A stretch of DNA of 64,000 nt from positions 90,445,184 through 90,509,183 of the forward strand of contig JARDVH010000132.1 in NCBI GenBank assembly GCA_030324005.1. The letters run 5' to 3'. The stretch comes from Negaprion brevirostris. Its lineage: Eukaryota. Below, piece after piece: positions 49,490-61,850 of the stretch. The position numbers and the translations under genes are program-made. The stretch's first letter is position 1; every line of letters begins with the position of its first letter. The notes under the pieces are model-generated. The model did no database searches. It was not told the origin of the DNA and saw only the letters and a list, made by a program, of their open reading frames with translations.

Positions 49490-49740
49490 TCATAGAATCT
49501 TCAGTGCTGAAGGGGACCATTTGGCCCATTGAGTCTGCAGCAACAACAATCCCACCCAGATCCTGTCCCATCCCCATAACCCCACATATTTACCCACCTA
49601 ATGCCCTGACATTAAGGGGCAATTTATCATGGCCAATCAACCTAACTTGCACATATTTGGACTGTGGGAGGAAACCAGAGCACTCGGAGAAAACTCAAGC
49701 AGACATGGGGAGAACGTGCAGACGCTGCACAGACAGTCCA
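49490..49740 (-). mobile_element. V-SINE with CR1-type tail, inserted in an LTR-like sequence
   Basis: catagaatc…ggcccattgagtctgc…cctaacttgcacatatttggactgtgggaggaaacc…gcagacatggggagaacgtgcag. Confidence 0.8.
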
Positions 49741-50349
49741 ATGAGGAATTCTTTCACTTCAGAGTTTGAGTTCAGCTGCCCTAGATACTGGGTCGGTTCT
49801 GCAAACAATGGCAGGAAATTTGCCAGCAGAAACAGGCTTGAAGAGCAGGTTAATGTTCTGCCCAGAGATGATTCACCAGTTGAATGTTAAACCATAGACT
49901 ACTATAAGGCTAAAGATGTAATGTCCAAAAAATGGGTAATGTGACATGTTGCATTAATGGGCAATTGTAGATTAACAATCACGTTCTGTGCTTTTGGGCA
50001 GAATTCCATTGTTTCCCTTTAGGAGACAGACAAAGTGGTTATTAACATCTCTTCAAGCATAATTAGTTCCAATCTCTCGCTTTTGTGATAGTTCCGGTTG
50101 GGGAACCAGTTGGTCTGCACTTCCTCTGCAACTGTTGATTACCCGGGTTCTGTACAATGAGATGTGAGAATTCACAGGTCCAGTAAGGAATTATTTTGTT
50201 CTTATAACTCCTGGTGGAGGGGAAAAAAACACCCCTGCATACTTTAAGAATAATTCAGAACAAAAGGCCAGCCTTGTGGTCACATAACTTATAGCAGTCT
50301 TTTCACCAGATATACCAGCTAGATTTCTTTTCATCTTGTAAGAACCCAA

Positions 50350-50790
50350 AATAGAGCCAGAGTGTTTACAGCATGGAAACAGGCCCTTCAGCCCAAACTA
50401 TCCACGCCATCCTTCTTTTAACCACTAAACTAGCCCCAGTTGCCCGTGTTTGGCCCATATGCCTCTATACCCATCTTATCCATGTANNNNNNNNNNNNNN
50501 NNNNNNNNNNNNNNNNNNNNNNNNNNNNNNNNNNNNNNNNNNNNNNNNNNNNNNNNNNNNNNNNNNNNNNNNNNNNTGAAAAATTGCTCCTCAGGATCCT
50601 TTTGTATTTCTCCCCTCTCACCTTAAACCTATGCCCTCTAGTTTTAGACTCCCCTACCTTTGGGAAAATGTTTTGACTATCTAGCTGATCCATGCTCCTC
50701 ATTATTTTGTAGACCTCTGTAAGATGACCCCTATGCTCCAGGCGAAAAAGTCCCAGTTTATCCAACCTCTCCTTATAACTCAAACCATCA
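50350..50790 (-). mobile_element. CR1 3' fragment
   Basis: SYKERLDKLGLFRLEHRGHLTEVYKIMRSMD…FPKVGESKTRGHRFKVRG. Confidence 0.9.
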
Positions 50791-51999
50791 AGTCCCTAGA
50801 TGGTTTGAGTTATAGGCTTTATTCTCCTCTGCCAAAATTACCCACAGTTCCAAGAACAAAGATAGGCGGTATACCATTCCTTCACTGCAAACTATCTTCA
50901 TAAACCTTTTCCCCCTATCCTTCCAACGTCCAGTAGCAAACATGAGGGGATTTTTTTCAATAAGATTGAAACCATCTATTCGCTGCCTATGCCGCTTTCT
51001 CCCTTTCTCTTTGCCCACCAGATCAAAGTATTTGCCATACTTCTTCCTGCGTCAGCCCTCAATCCATACATTGCTCTAGATTCTCTCCCATATCCCGAAT
51101 TGGCCTTTCAGAACTTATTTGGTTCATAATATCCCCCAATGTATCCTCCTTTTATTCCATTCCAACTAAACTCATGAACGTACACCAACCTTCCCTGGTT
51201 CCTTGACTTTGTGATTAATTATTTTAAGATTCCAGGGCAAAATTACTCCAAGTGTGGTCTGACTTGAGGCATGATGAAGCCTCAGCATAGACTTATAGTC
51301 CACTATTCTGGCTAAAAGTCCTGACAGGCTATTGGTTTTCTCATTTCTCTGCCACATTGTCTGAACAATGACAGAACCTAATTTCCATTCCCACTTACCT
51401 GCTTTTGTGAAATTAATAGTCAGTGAAGTTTGATTTGCCAAGAGCAGTAATTATCATTTCTGCAGCAAATGCACCAATACACCTTAGTAAGTTTATTAAT
51501 TGGTACAAAATTTATACAGTTTAATTACAGTGAAAAACAAAATAGAAAATCCAGTATTGCTCAAAGTTAGAGTCCAATGCTTTCTACACCCTAAATTCTG
51601 AAGAAAACTGAGAAATGAGTTGCTGTAAACAGCATTATTGGCTCCAGGAAAATTGCTATTCGAATGCCAAGTAGGTGGGAGGTGACTTGAACATAATTAC
51701 AGTTTCTAATACTCTAGCTAGTTGTTAGTATAGGGAGAATTAAAATAGTGAATAAAAACTGCTCCACTACATCAGTGACATGCTTTGAAAACTCTCTAAG
51801 TAAAAGCTATCATATCAATCCTTTCTCAAAATAACTTTCAATTCTTTCATTGAGGTATTGACTTCTTACTAGAGTTCAGTCTCAAACACAGCTTACTACT
51901 TTGCCGGAACAGAAATTCTTAAATCAATGAGTCCTGAAAAGAGGTTATTCAACCATGATTCTTTTTCTCCATATATGCACACTGCAGTGTGGGCCACAG

Positions 52000-52320
52000 A
52001 ATAGTAATCATAGTGCAGAAGGAGACCACTCAACCCATCGAGTCTACACCAACTCTGTCAGGGCATGCCACTATCCCCATAAGTCCACAGATTTACCTTG
52101 CTAACCTCCCCCCCCCCACAACCTACATTTCTTGGGACACGAAGGGGCAATATAACATGGCCAATCTACCTAACCTGCACATCTTTGGACTGTGAGAAGA
52201 AACCAGAGCATCTGGAGAAAACCCACACAGACACAGGAAGAATGTGCAAACTCCGCATTGACAATCACTCAAACCGGAATTGAACCGAGATCTCTGGCAC
52301 TGTGAGACAGCACCGCCATC
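52000..52320 (-). mobile_element. V-SINE
   Basis: V domain and B-box (ggttcaattccgg on the minus strand), CR1-type tail. Confidence 0.8.
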
Positions 52321-52639
52321 TGGGATCTGGAGTGAGAACGCTGGCCATTTTTTCCATTCATTATTCCAAAGTCTCTGAAACCAATATAGTGCCCTGATTA
52401 CCAATTCGGGCTGATCCAATGTAAATGAGCATAAGCCAAGATTGACCATCCTAGTTTCTAAAGATATCACAGGGGATGAATTTGGTCTCTGACCCTAGCA
52501 CAGCAGGCAATACTAACTGGCAATCCATTTATACCTTGCCTGATTTTGTTTTCCAAGGACTTTAATAGGTTGACAATTTCCTATCATTGATTTTATATAA
52601 AATATAAAATATATACTTTTTTACAAGCAACTTATACTT

Positions 52640-53360
52640 TAAACTACAGGAAGCAATCTTTCCTTATATACTTATCACCCATCGCACTCTCCATGAAATT
52701 ACAGTTCTTTTAGCAAACAACACACAGGTGCTTCCAATGGGCTTCCGTATACCCATTGTGCCAAGTCGTAACCTAAAGTGGCCGGCTCAAGGCTTCCTCT
52801 TCAGCTTTTGAAGCATTTCTTAAATTTAATGCCAGGAGTAAAACCTGCTCTGGTGATTCTTCCTCCCCTTGACCAGAGCAGGATTAAACTCCCGGAATCT
52901 TTAAATGGCTGCAGGATTCATCTCTTTGACTAAGGAACACATACCTGCCGTATTTGGTTGTGGTAGTTCACATAGTCAGGCATCCTTTTTTCTTCGTTAA
53001 CAGCGCAGTACCTCTGCTGTTTATCTGTGATATTCAAGGATTTGTAGAGAAGCCTGTAGCCTGATCTCAAAAATGGCTTCCTCTGCTCCCTTACTCAATG
53101 CAACATCAAACACATTAACCTTACTTCCAGATAGACACGCTACTTAACTATCTTTGATCCCAATTCCTTTTCATCATAGAGGTTAGTAGAAAATTTAAAA
53201 CACAAACCAACATCACCTTTCTGAGACTTTGGGAGATGCAAGGTCTACTCAATAGACAGCTTCCAATATCTTCAAGTGTAAACATCACGCCCTCCTTCTC
53301 AGTAAAACAACTTAAGCCTTCCTTTGATCTCTAATAATCACACCACCAGGCATACTATTA
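52640..53360 (-). mobile_element. Possible very old L1/Tx1 ORF2 relic
   Basis: Fragments GGVIIRDQR, FSTNLYDEKE and LSGSKVNVFDVALSKGAEEAI loosely resemble the Tx1 EN-RT linker; many stops. 50820-51200(-) may be a related endonuclease relic. Confidence 0.3.
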
Positions 53361-53992
53361 GCCAGACTGAAAAACAAGTCACATGACCTCCTTCATTTCC
53401 CTACATTTGAAGCTATAGTCGCAAAATATAATAATATTATAAACCTCATAATTGTAACACACTTTGCTAATCTGGTTTGTATTTAAAGCTGGATATCATT
53501 TTCAGCTGTTTCTTCAAGAATTCCACAAATTTCTTTCTGCCAAAGTTAAACAGTAGATCACAAGAAATTCCAGAGCATTTCTGCAGCAACATGTTCAACA
53601 TATGTTTTAAAAAATGTCAGTCGCAAAATGTTTTTCAAAACCTTTTTAATTACTTTTAAATAATTAAGTAGAGTAATTTTGCAAATCCATCCTTGGCCAA
53701 CATCTGCTTTTCAAAATGCATTAAAAAAGTCCAGATCACCAGACACAATTATTGAAATTAAGGGATTTAATCATAAATTAAAGACCACAGGGTCAATTTT
53801 GAAGTAATCATTTCCATTGGACAGGAGGCATTTTACTAGTCAAACCTCATCTGAACTCTGCTGGGTGAGCTAATCATACATTAAGAATGTTGAAATGCAA
53901 GAGAGATTTATTTAGAAATTATCTTGTTTTAAGTAACACAACTCACTGATGTCAGGAAACACAGCATGTTCATTATTTTGTATTATTATACA

Positions 53993-54950
53993 ATGGTTGG
54001 AATTCTCCAGCCGTTCACACTTGTTGCCAATGAGAACGAAATTTGGCGCTCAGCCAAATCTCTGGTCACTGCAGCGGAATGGAGAATTCTAGCTGTGGGC
54101 AAGGTCAGAGCATCCGGCCCAATGACACATTGGGCGGAATTTTACAAGATTGTTTCTAAGCGTGCAGCTAGTGTGAAAATGTGACAGTTTCTGATCCATT
54201 TCTCGAGTGAGTTTTCATGCCCAATCTCATGTACTTAGTCATTGAAAATATGGGCTAGACTATTTATAGCTGCTGCAGGCAGTAGGCTGCACTTAATTCG
54301 CCAGCCAGCCTACAGTGGGAGCTATTGCATATGCACAGGCCTCTGTGACTGCACATGCGCAATTTCAATAGCAGGGGGTCTGACCGGCAAAAAGAGAGCT
54401 GTCAGGCCCCTGCTGTTACAGGCAGCCTCACAAACTCTCCCCACACCTCCAAAATTGCAGGAGTCTGTGGCCAATCGCGAGCCCTACACTACCCGAGATA
54501 TAGTCCCCATCACCAAGATCGATTGCATCTTCCACCCCTGAACCGATTGCATTGCAGAGTGGCAGTGGGTTCCCTCCCCCCGTTGCCCAGGTGCCAGTGC
54601 CAATGTGTCAGTTGCCACAGTCAGGCTGGTACTGCCCAAGTGGCATACCCCTCCTTGCCCTTGGCCTTGCAGGAGGGCCNNNNNNNNNNNNNNNNNNNNN
54701 NNNNNNNNNNNNNNNNNNNNNNNNNNNNNNNNNNNNNNNNNNNNNNNNNNNNNNNNNNNNNNNNNNNNNNNTGTGAATCATAATTTAAATATATTTAAAC
54801 AAATTATTCAGCCTCTCACCCATTTCTGGCGAGGGACTGACAGCACCGGAAATGCAGCTCTTGCAAAATTGCAAGAGTCGAGAAATCAGGCATGATTCTG
54901 ATTTCTCGGCATTGCACGACCTCACTGGCTCGCCATGCCCAGCCGTTGTA
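53993..54950. mobile_element. Two adjacent MITE-like elements (about 53993-54120 and 54131-54950)
   Basis: Ends ggttggaattctcc…gcatccggccc and gggcggaatttt…; interior homologous to 46520-47567 (gtggcagtg, tgccagtgcc, atttaaatatatttaaa). Confidence 0.55.
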
Positions 54951-55347
54951 TAATTGAGCTAAACGAATCTGAACTAACTTGGTACGTTCAATAGATGTGA
55001 GTAAAGCAGCTTAAGGATTTGTATCAAGTCTTATCTCATCAAAAGTTTGCTCAATCTACCTTCGTAGAGATTTAAGAAGAACCAGCACAAAAAAACATGA
55101 GCAACAAATTCTAATCACACCTGCTTGGTTAAACCACCGTATCAAACAATGAAAGTGAACTCCCAGAAAAGCTACACTGTTCACATTGCAGGAGCAGCTA
55201 ATGTCACCAGAATCAGAAGATATCCATGGCAGATTTAATTTTGTAACAAGGTGGTTATATGCCATATTTGAATGATCTGTGTTTACATTTTAATGGGCAG
55301 ATGATGGAAAACTCAATGTTAAAGTCACAAAAATCACAAAGACTTAC

Positions 55348-55474
55348 AGGCATCAATACTGCGGAAGATACTGGCATTGCGGAATTGGGGAGGTTGCCAG
55401 GCATGGACCCTGGCATGGGCTGCCTTTGCCTGTTGTGGAGATGTAGTAATGACGATAGAGACCCTGGGACAGGC
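55348..55474 (-). CDS. CREB5: CREB5 internal coding exon (127 nt; phase 2 start, phase 0 end), orthologous to human exon 6 as recalled
   Basis: Minus strand: acceptor ctcctctttttattccctcag|G, donor CCT|gtaagt. Translates (x)PVPGSLSSLLHLHNRQRQPMPGSMPGNLPNSAMPVSSAVLMP, near-identical to human CREB5 PVPGSLSSLLHLHNRQRQPMPASMPGTLPNPTMPGSSAVLMP as recalled. Confidence 0.96.
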
Positions 55475-55944
55475 CTGAGGGAATAAAAAGAGGAGAAGGA
55501 CATCAGAAAACATTGTACAGATCAGAATGGCAAGTGGAAAACTCAAAACACCTTAACAAAAAGCACAATAGCCTTAATATTCACCCCTTCACAATGATGG
55601 GAAAGGATAGGCAGGGATTAAAGACATAAATTTGTGGAATGGATGCTTGGCACACTACACAGGCGTCCCACCAACATCATGGTTCCTGAGTGTCCAACTG
55701 ATGGTTCATTCTGTTTTCCACATAGCAGTGTGACAGCTTGGCTTACAGCCCAGAGGTTAAAGCAGCAGCTGAAAGCCACACCCAGGGCTCCTGGGATCAT
55801 TCTCTGGCAATTGGGAGAGGGAAGGATTGCTGACTGGGGCTTGGGAAAGTTATGGGGATGGTTGGTGATTTCAGGAGTGTGGAGAGAAGTAATTGCAGGG
55901 AGGAAAAGAACACTGAGGCTACAATGGGGAAGTTATTGACCATA

Positions 55945-56510
55945 AAAGCAAAATACTGCAGATGCAGCAAATTTGAAATAAAAACAGAAAGTTTTGGAAA
56001 AAAAATCAGAGGTCTGACAGCATCAGTGAAAAAAGAAATAGAACTAAAGTTTTGAGTCTGTATGTCTCTTCAAAGCAAGGTCAGTGAACATGTTGGTGTG
56101 GATGAAGGGTGGTGGAGGGGTGGAGGTGGGAGGCTAATGAGAGAGATGCCACGATTAGTTGGGGGAAGCTGAAAGCTTCCTTGATGAGTCAGGGGAGCAT
56201 TCCTCCTCCTCACTTGCAAGGACTGCTGAAAAAGGCACTTGCTTCATAGAAATGGCAGCACCAAGCCCTGCTGGGTTTTGTGACCCCTGAGAAGTGTATG
56301 AAATAGCAATGCATTTTAAATCAGGTTTATCTGTGGTCCTTATTTAAACATATCAATTAAACTTCAATGGCCTTTCATCAGAATTGGACCATCCACATGA
56401 AATGTGAACTCTGTAATTCTCTCCATAGGTGCTGCCGGATCTGTGGCACATCCTACATTTTCTGTTTCTATTTCAGGTTTCCAGCATCCACAGTATTTTG
56501 CTTTAGCATC
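55945..56510. mobile_element. Inverted pair of Penelope terminal repeats with other repeat DNA between
   Basis: aaagcaaaatactgcagatgc…aaataaaaacagaaa (55945) versus ttttctgtttctatttc…gcatccacagtattttgcttt (56460-56505); degenerate hammerhead motifs. Confidence 0.6.
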
Positions 56511-56609
56511 ATCATTAACATGGGTGGGAATCGATCAGTAAGCACACTATTTCTGTCTTAATTCCTACTTCATCTCAATTCTTGATGGATAGAATCAAAT
56601 TTCCTCCTA

Positions 56610-58200
56610 ATGATTTGATTTGATGTATTATTGTGACATGTATTAGCATACTAATAGTGAAAAGTGTTGTTTCTTGCACGCTCTCCAGACATAGCATACC
56701 GTACATAGAGAAGAAAGGAGAGAGTGCAGAATGTAGTGTTATAGTCATAGCTAGGGTGTAGAGAAAGATCAACTTAATGCGAGGTAGGTNNNNNNNNNNN
56801 NNNNNNNNNNNNNNNNNNNNNNNNNNNNNNNNNNNNNNNNNNNNNNNNNNNNNNNNNNNNNNNNNNNNNNNNNNNNNNNNNNNNNNNNNNNNNNNNNNNN
56901 NNNNNNNNNNNNNNNNNNNNNNNNNNNNNNNNNNNNNNNNNNNNNNNNNNNNNNNNNNNNNCAGTGTAACTGGATGGACTGTGCTTTGTTCACAATCCAC
57001 TGTAATATATTGTGGCCTTGAACAGAGCAAGAGCCATACCAAGCATACCATTCCAGCATCTGCAGCATTTTGCGTTTATCCTATTCATAGACTACAGCTC
57101 AGCCTTTAACACCATTATTCCTACAAGACTCATCTCCAAACTTTGTGGCCTGGGGCTCAGCTCCTCCATCTGCAACTGGATCTTTGACTTATTAATCCAT
57201 AGATCGCAATCAGTAAGAAAAGGCAACAGCACCTCTTCCATGATTATCCTCAACACCAGNNNNNNNNNNAAAAGTCTGACAGCATCAGGGAAGAAGTTGT
57301 TCTTGAGTTGATTGGTACGTGTCCTCAGACTTTTACCTCTTTTACCTGATGGAAGATGGTCCTTAATTATATTGGCTGTTTGTGAGGCAGTGGGAAATAT
57401 AGATAGTTTCAACGGGTGGGAGGCTGGTTTGCCAGATGGATCGCAATCAGTAAGAAAAGGCAACAGCACCTCCTCCATGATTATCCTCAACGCCAGTGCT
57501 CCACAAGGTTGTGTCCTCAGCCCCATACTATACTCCTTTATACACCTATGACTGTGTGGCCAAATTCTCCTCCAACTCGATTTTCAAGTTTGCTGATAAC
57601 ATCACTGTTGTGGGTCAGATCTCAAACAATGATGAGATACGGTACAGGAAAGAGATAGAGAATCTGGTGAACTGGTGTAGCGACAATAATCTCTCCCTCA
57701 ATGTCAACAAAGCAAAGGAGATTGTCATCGACTTCAGGAAACGTATTGGAGGACATGACCCTGTCTATGTCAATGGGGACAAAGTAGACAGGATTGACAG
57801 CTTCAAGTTTTTAGGTGTCCAGGTCGCCAACAACCTGTCCTGGTTCTGTCCAGATCACCAACAACCTGTCCTGGTTTCCCCCCACAAGGTCCACACTATA
57901 GTTAAGAAAGCCCGCCAATGCCTCTACTTTGTTTGCCTCTACAGTTTGTCATTTTTATAAATGACCTAGACAAGGGTGTAGAAGGATGGATTAGTAAATT
58001 TGCTGACGACACCAAAGTTGGAGGAGTTGTAGACAGTGAGGACAGATGGTCACGACTCTTTGTTGTTTCTTGCAGTCTTGGGCAGAGCAGGAGCCATACC
58101 AAGCTGTGATACAACCAGAAAGAATGCTTTTTATGGTGGATCTGTAAAAGCTGGTGAGAGTTGTAGCAACATGCCAAATTTCCGTAGTCTTCTGAGAACA
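56610..58200. mobile_element. Rearranged Rex1/Babar LINE (mixed orientations) with CR1 fragments
   Basis: Plus-strand [17 protein letters not shown]…APQGCVLSP…FKFADNITVVG…WCSDNNLSLNVNKAKEIVIDFRK. Minus-strand 3' parts at 56610-57050, 57270-57435 and 58050-58195. CR1 FVIFINDLDKGVEGWISKFADDTKVGG at 57943-58045. Confidence 0.85.
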
Positions 58201-58510
58201 TAGAACATTACAGCGCAGTACAGGCCCTTCGACCCTCGATGTTGCGCCGACCAGTGGAACCAATCTAATGACCCTCTAACCTAAACTATTCCAATGTTAT
58301 CCATATGCCNNNNNNNNNNNNNNNNNNNNNNNNNNNNNNNNNNNNNNNNNNNNNNNNNNNNNNNNNNNNNNNNNNNNNNNNNNNNNNNNNNNNNNNNNNN
58401 NNNNNNNNNNNNNNNNNNNNNNNNNNNNNNNNNNNNNNNATTGAATGGCGGGGCAGGCTCGAGGGGCTAGATGGCCTACTCCTGCTCCTATTTCTTATGT
58501 TCTTATGTTC
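58195..58510. mobile_element. Two CR1 3' tails in opposite orientation around an N gap
   Basis: gaacatagaacattacagcgcagtacaggcccttcg (minus tail) and gggcaggctcgaggggctagatggcctactcctgctcctatttcttatgttcttatgttc (plus tail). Confidence 0.75.
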
Positions 58511-58779
58511 AATGTGTGAGCCTTGACAACAACTGTTAGCAAGTTATTGAACCACAGACAAAACCAATCCAATCTATACCGAGTACCATTGACACTGCAA
58601 ATGTCAGTGCTAACAAAGAACAAAATGAAGCTCAATTTTCAGACTTACATTATTTTTAAATTTGGAAAACTTACTTTAGATTGTAATTCTGGCTGCCTGA
58701 TCATTTCCAGTCATACGAGGAAAATACCAGGTAGATGGGTATTAGTTTGTTTTTGTTCAAATACATTTTGAGATAATTT

Positions 58780-59680
58780 TGATGACTTTTTGTCGTAGGA
58801 TAAACTAACTAGCCTTTTCTGGCAGAGGAATTGAAAAATAACTGATAACAGCACTCTTCTGTTTGTTGGCATTTAATCAGCTTTCTGATTAAAACTTGTG
58901 AAAATTACAGCTATTATTATGAGAATGGACATGATCCAGGCTGATGGGGCTGCCCGTATTGTCAAGTGGACATCTCAGTCGACATCGCAACAGGGCCTTA
59001 ATTCACTTGCTGGGCTGACCCCAACCTAGAGTCTTTGAAAACGACTTGGGATCTGCACGGTGGTGGAGAACCAACACGGTGACCAGTGACACAAAACTGC
59101 AAGTCCACCTGCCTCTGACCACACACTCTGACCTAGACAGAAAGTTCAGCTTAATTTATTAACATTCAAATATCCTTCTGCCAGTTGCTAACAATGCCAG
59201 CACATGGATAATTGATAGCTGAATGAAGATCTAGAGAGTAACCACTGCCAGTGCAACTGCAACTTACTGAGGAAGAAAACACACTAATAAGCTATTGAAT
59301 GAAATTGGAGAGGAAAATTCAACAACAAAAAAATTAACATCTTTATGCACAGCATGCTTCATTTGCGCTGTAAACTGTAATGCCAAAATATTTACAACCA
59401 TTTTTATTTTTCCTTTTAAAAAAATTACTTATTTTCATTTATTAAGGTTTCATTTTTATTACTTAATCTTTTTGTCCACCAGATTTTCTTTGTCCGTCCC
59501 GCCAAGAGATGACTCATCTTGGTGAGAGGGTCTTTAAGGGATGTGGCATTTCCTGTTTGCAGCTCTGGTGTAACTTCTGAGACGTCTGAACAGTTTCCAT
59601 GCAACTTCCAATTTAGGTTAAGTTTTATAAAGATATTTTTGTATCTTCTCCCGTCCGCTCACTTCCACCTTAGATAAAGA
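58780..59680. promoter_or_regulatory. Repeat-free candidate regulatory region upstream of the 127-nt exon
   Basis: AP-1 site ATGACTCAT (59509-59517), ETS cores (atttcctgt about 59548; cacttcc about 59660), GC-box-like ccgtcccgcc, GACGTC core at 59581; CpGs retained. Confidence 0.3.
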
Positions 59681-59779
59681 AAAATAAATTCTCCTTTTCC
59701 TTGCTCCATTGTTTCAAGTGCAGCCAATGACCTTGAATAAGGCTGTTGCCAATTATTAGATAAAGTAAAATCTACTCAC

Positions 59780-59854
59780 AGTAACTCATGCATTGAATTC
59801 TTTGTGGAAGAACTTCTGGATACCAAGTCAGAGATCATGAAGGTGAGATTCCAC
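59780..59854 (-). other. Candidate alternative CREB5 exon ending in phase 2 (strong donor at 59779)
   Basis: Donor ACT|gtgagt. Open frame WNLTFMISDLVSRSSSTKNSMHEL(L) with ATG at 59838 would join the 127-nt exon in frame. Possible acceptors at 59854 (weak) and 60016 (strong). Confidence 0.2.
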
Positions 59855-61374
59855 CTGTGAGCGATAACTTGTTTGCCAACTCTCCATATTTGGAATGAAT
59901 AACTCAATTTTCAGACTTCTCCAATCTGTTTGTATTGAGGCTCCTCAAACACTACTGACTCCTCCTCCACAGGTTTGCCTATTTTGTGTTGAAACACCTC
60001 ACACAATCTAACCCACCTGAGAAGCAACAGAAACAGTAGCAAATTTCTACCTCCCCACGAGTGATGCCCCAACCTCCGATTTTGAAAATCCTCCAGCTGA
60101 TCTTTATTGCCTTCACTTCAAAGTACCAAATAACACATCCTATCTCTGATCTCCATTACTGGGCTCACCAACTAATTTTTGATAGTGGGAAAACAATCTG
60201 TTAAGTTTTGAAGTGTTTATAGTGCATATAATGGGCTGGACTTTGAGTCTCTGGAGAGGCCAAGAATGGAGGCAGGAAGGCACATGAATTTGGTTCCCTG
60301 GCTCCAATGTGCCCCCATTGTTGCCTGGTGTGAAAGACAAATCAAGGTAGCGCCTGGAGACGCGTTGCAAAGTATGCATATGAGAAACCTCCATTATTAG
60401 AAAAATGGTGGGCGTTTTCAACTTTGTGGGTCCCAAGGGGCACTGCCCGCCCCTGCCCCCATTCACCCAGGAGGCCTCAATGGCCTCTGCTCACACCAGC
60501 AAGGCCATTACATCAGGTCCCCTTGGTGGGGATCATAAGTGATCCTTGCCAGTGATGGCTTTCACCGGCGAAACTGTTAATGCAAGTGAGCCCAACCTGT
60601 TACACCTGGGCTTAGTAATCATATTTAAATAAACATACAAATATTTAAATTATAAATATTTGAATTCCTTCCCTGATTACACCAGCAGAACAGAACCGGT
60701 AACATCACGAGAGACGAGAACCTGGTCTTTCGCTTCCCGAGCCATTTTCCTGGAGACAAGAATGTGGTGTGGCGGGGGGGTGGGTTTGCAGTATGACTAT
60801 CTACCTGCAAATGGCAGGGAGCCAATTGTTTTAAATACTAGTCTTTGAGGCCTATGAACAGAGGCCTGCTGGGTGATGACTCAGTTTCACTGCCTGGAGG
60901 TGGCCTCCAGTGACAGCATTCCTAGTGGGCTTAGAGGCCTCCTTGTCTGGGTGTAGGAAAAGCCAGAGGCCCACTTTAGAGAGGTTAGCACCCACCACAA
61001 TGGTAGCCTGATTGCAAAGACCTTTTTCATTTACATTTATAAAACTTTGGAGAGAGGGCTCCTCCATTTTGGAATACCCTTTCCCTTGCTTGCTATGGCC
61101 TCCTGCTGCGCTTTCCCAGTTGGAAGTAATGACCACTGATTGACCATTAGTCCTTAAGTGGGCAATAACCCTGTTTCTGGCCATTAATTGGCTGTTTCAC
61201 AATGCCAGCTTCTGACCCTTTTTTGAACCTGAAGACAAGATTCAAAAGATGAGGGGGAAAATCGTGCCCAATATGTTTGCTGAATAATGTAAGTCTTATT
61301 TAAACAGGTTTCCTGGCTGTAGCCAAAGAATGCAGAGGTAATATCTACAAGATGGAGATTTATTGGGAGAGAAC

Positions 61375-61690
61375 ATAGGAACATAAGAATATAAGAAATA
61401 GGAGCAGGAGTAGGCCATCTAACCCTTCGAGCCTGCCCCGCCATTCAACAAGATCATGGCTGATCTGAAGTGGNNNNNNNNNNNNNNNNNNNNNNNNNNN
61501 NNNNNNNNNNNNNNNNNNNNNNNNNNNNNNNNNNNNNNNNNNNNNNNNNNNNNNNNNNNNNNNNNNNNNNNNNCACTCAGCCTATCCAGATCTCTCTGCA
61601 GACTTTCTGCACCTTCCACGCAATTTGCTTTTCCACTCATCTTCGTGTCATCAGCAACTTTTGTTACCCTACACTCAGCCCCCTCCTCCA
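61375..61690 (-). mobile_element. CR1 fragment
   Basis: Tail (acataaga)n…gtaggccat; ADDTKMSGKANCVEGAESLQRDLDRL. Confidence 0.85.
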
Positions 61691-61850
61691 GAGGGAGAGG
61701 CAGCCTGAGGGTTAGGAGTTAGGACAGGATGGGAAACAGGTTGAGGGGGAAACAGGTTGAGAAAGAGACTGTTTCTGCAGAGAACTTGAGGCCCTTACTT
61801 AAAAACACCAAATTTTTATAGACAATTATTGGCAAAGCCCTGATTGAAGG

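Noticed and set aside
59534-59668. Minus-strand peptide KLEVAWKLFRRLRSYTRAANR resembling a helical cytokine C-terminus
   Set aside because: In-frame stops upstream, no supporting exons, and only a vague resemblance.
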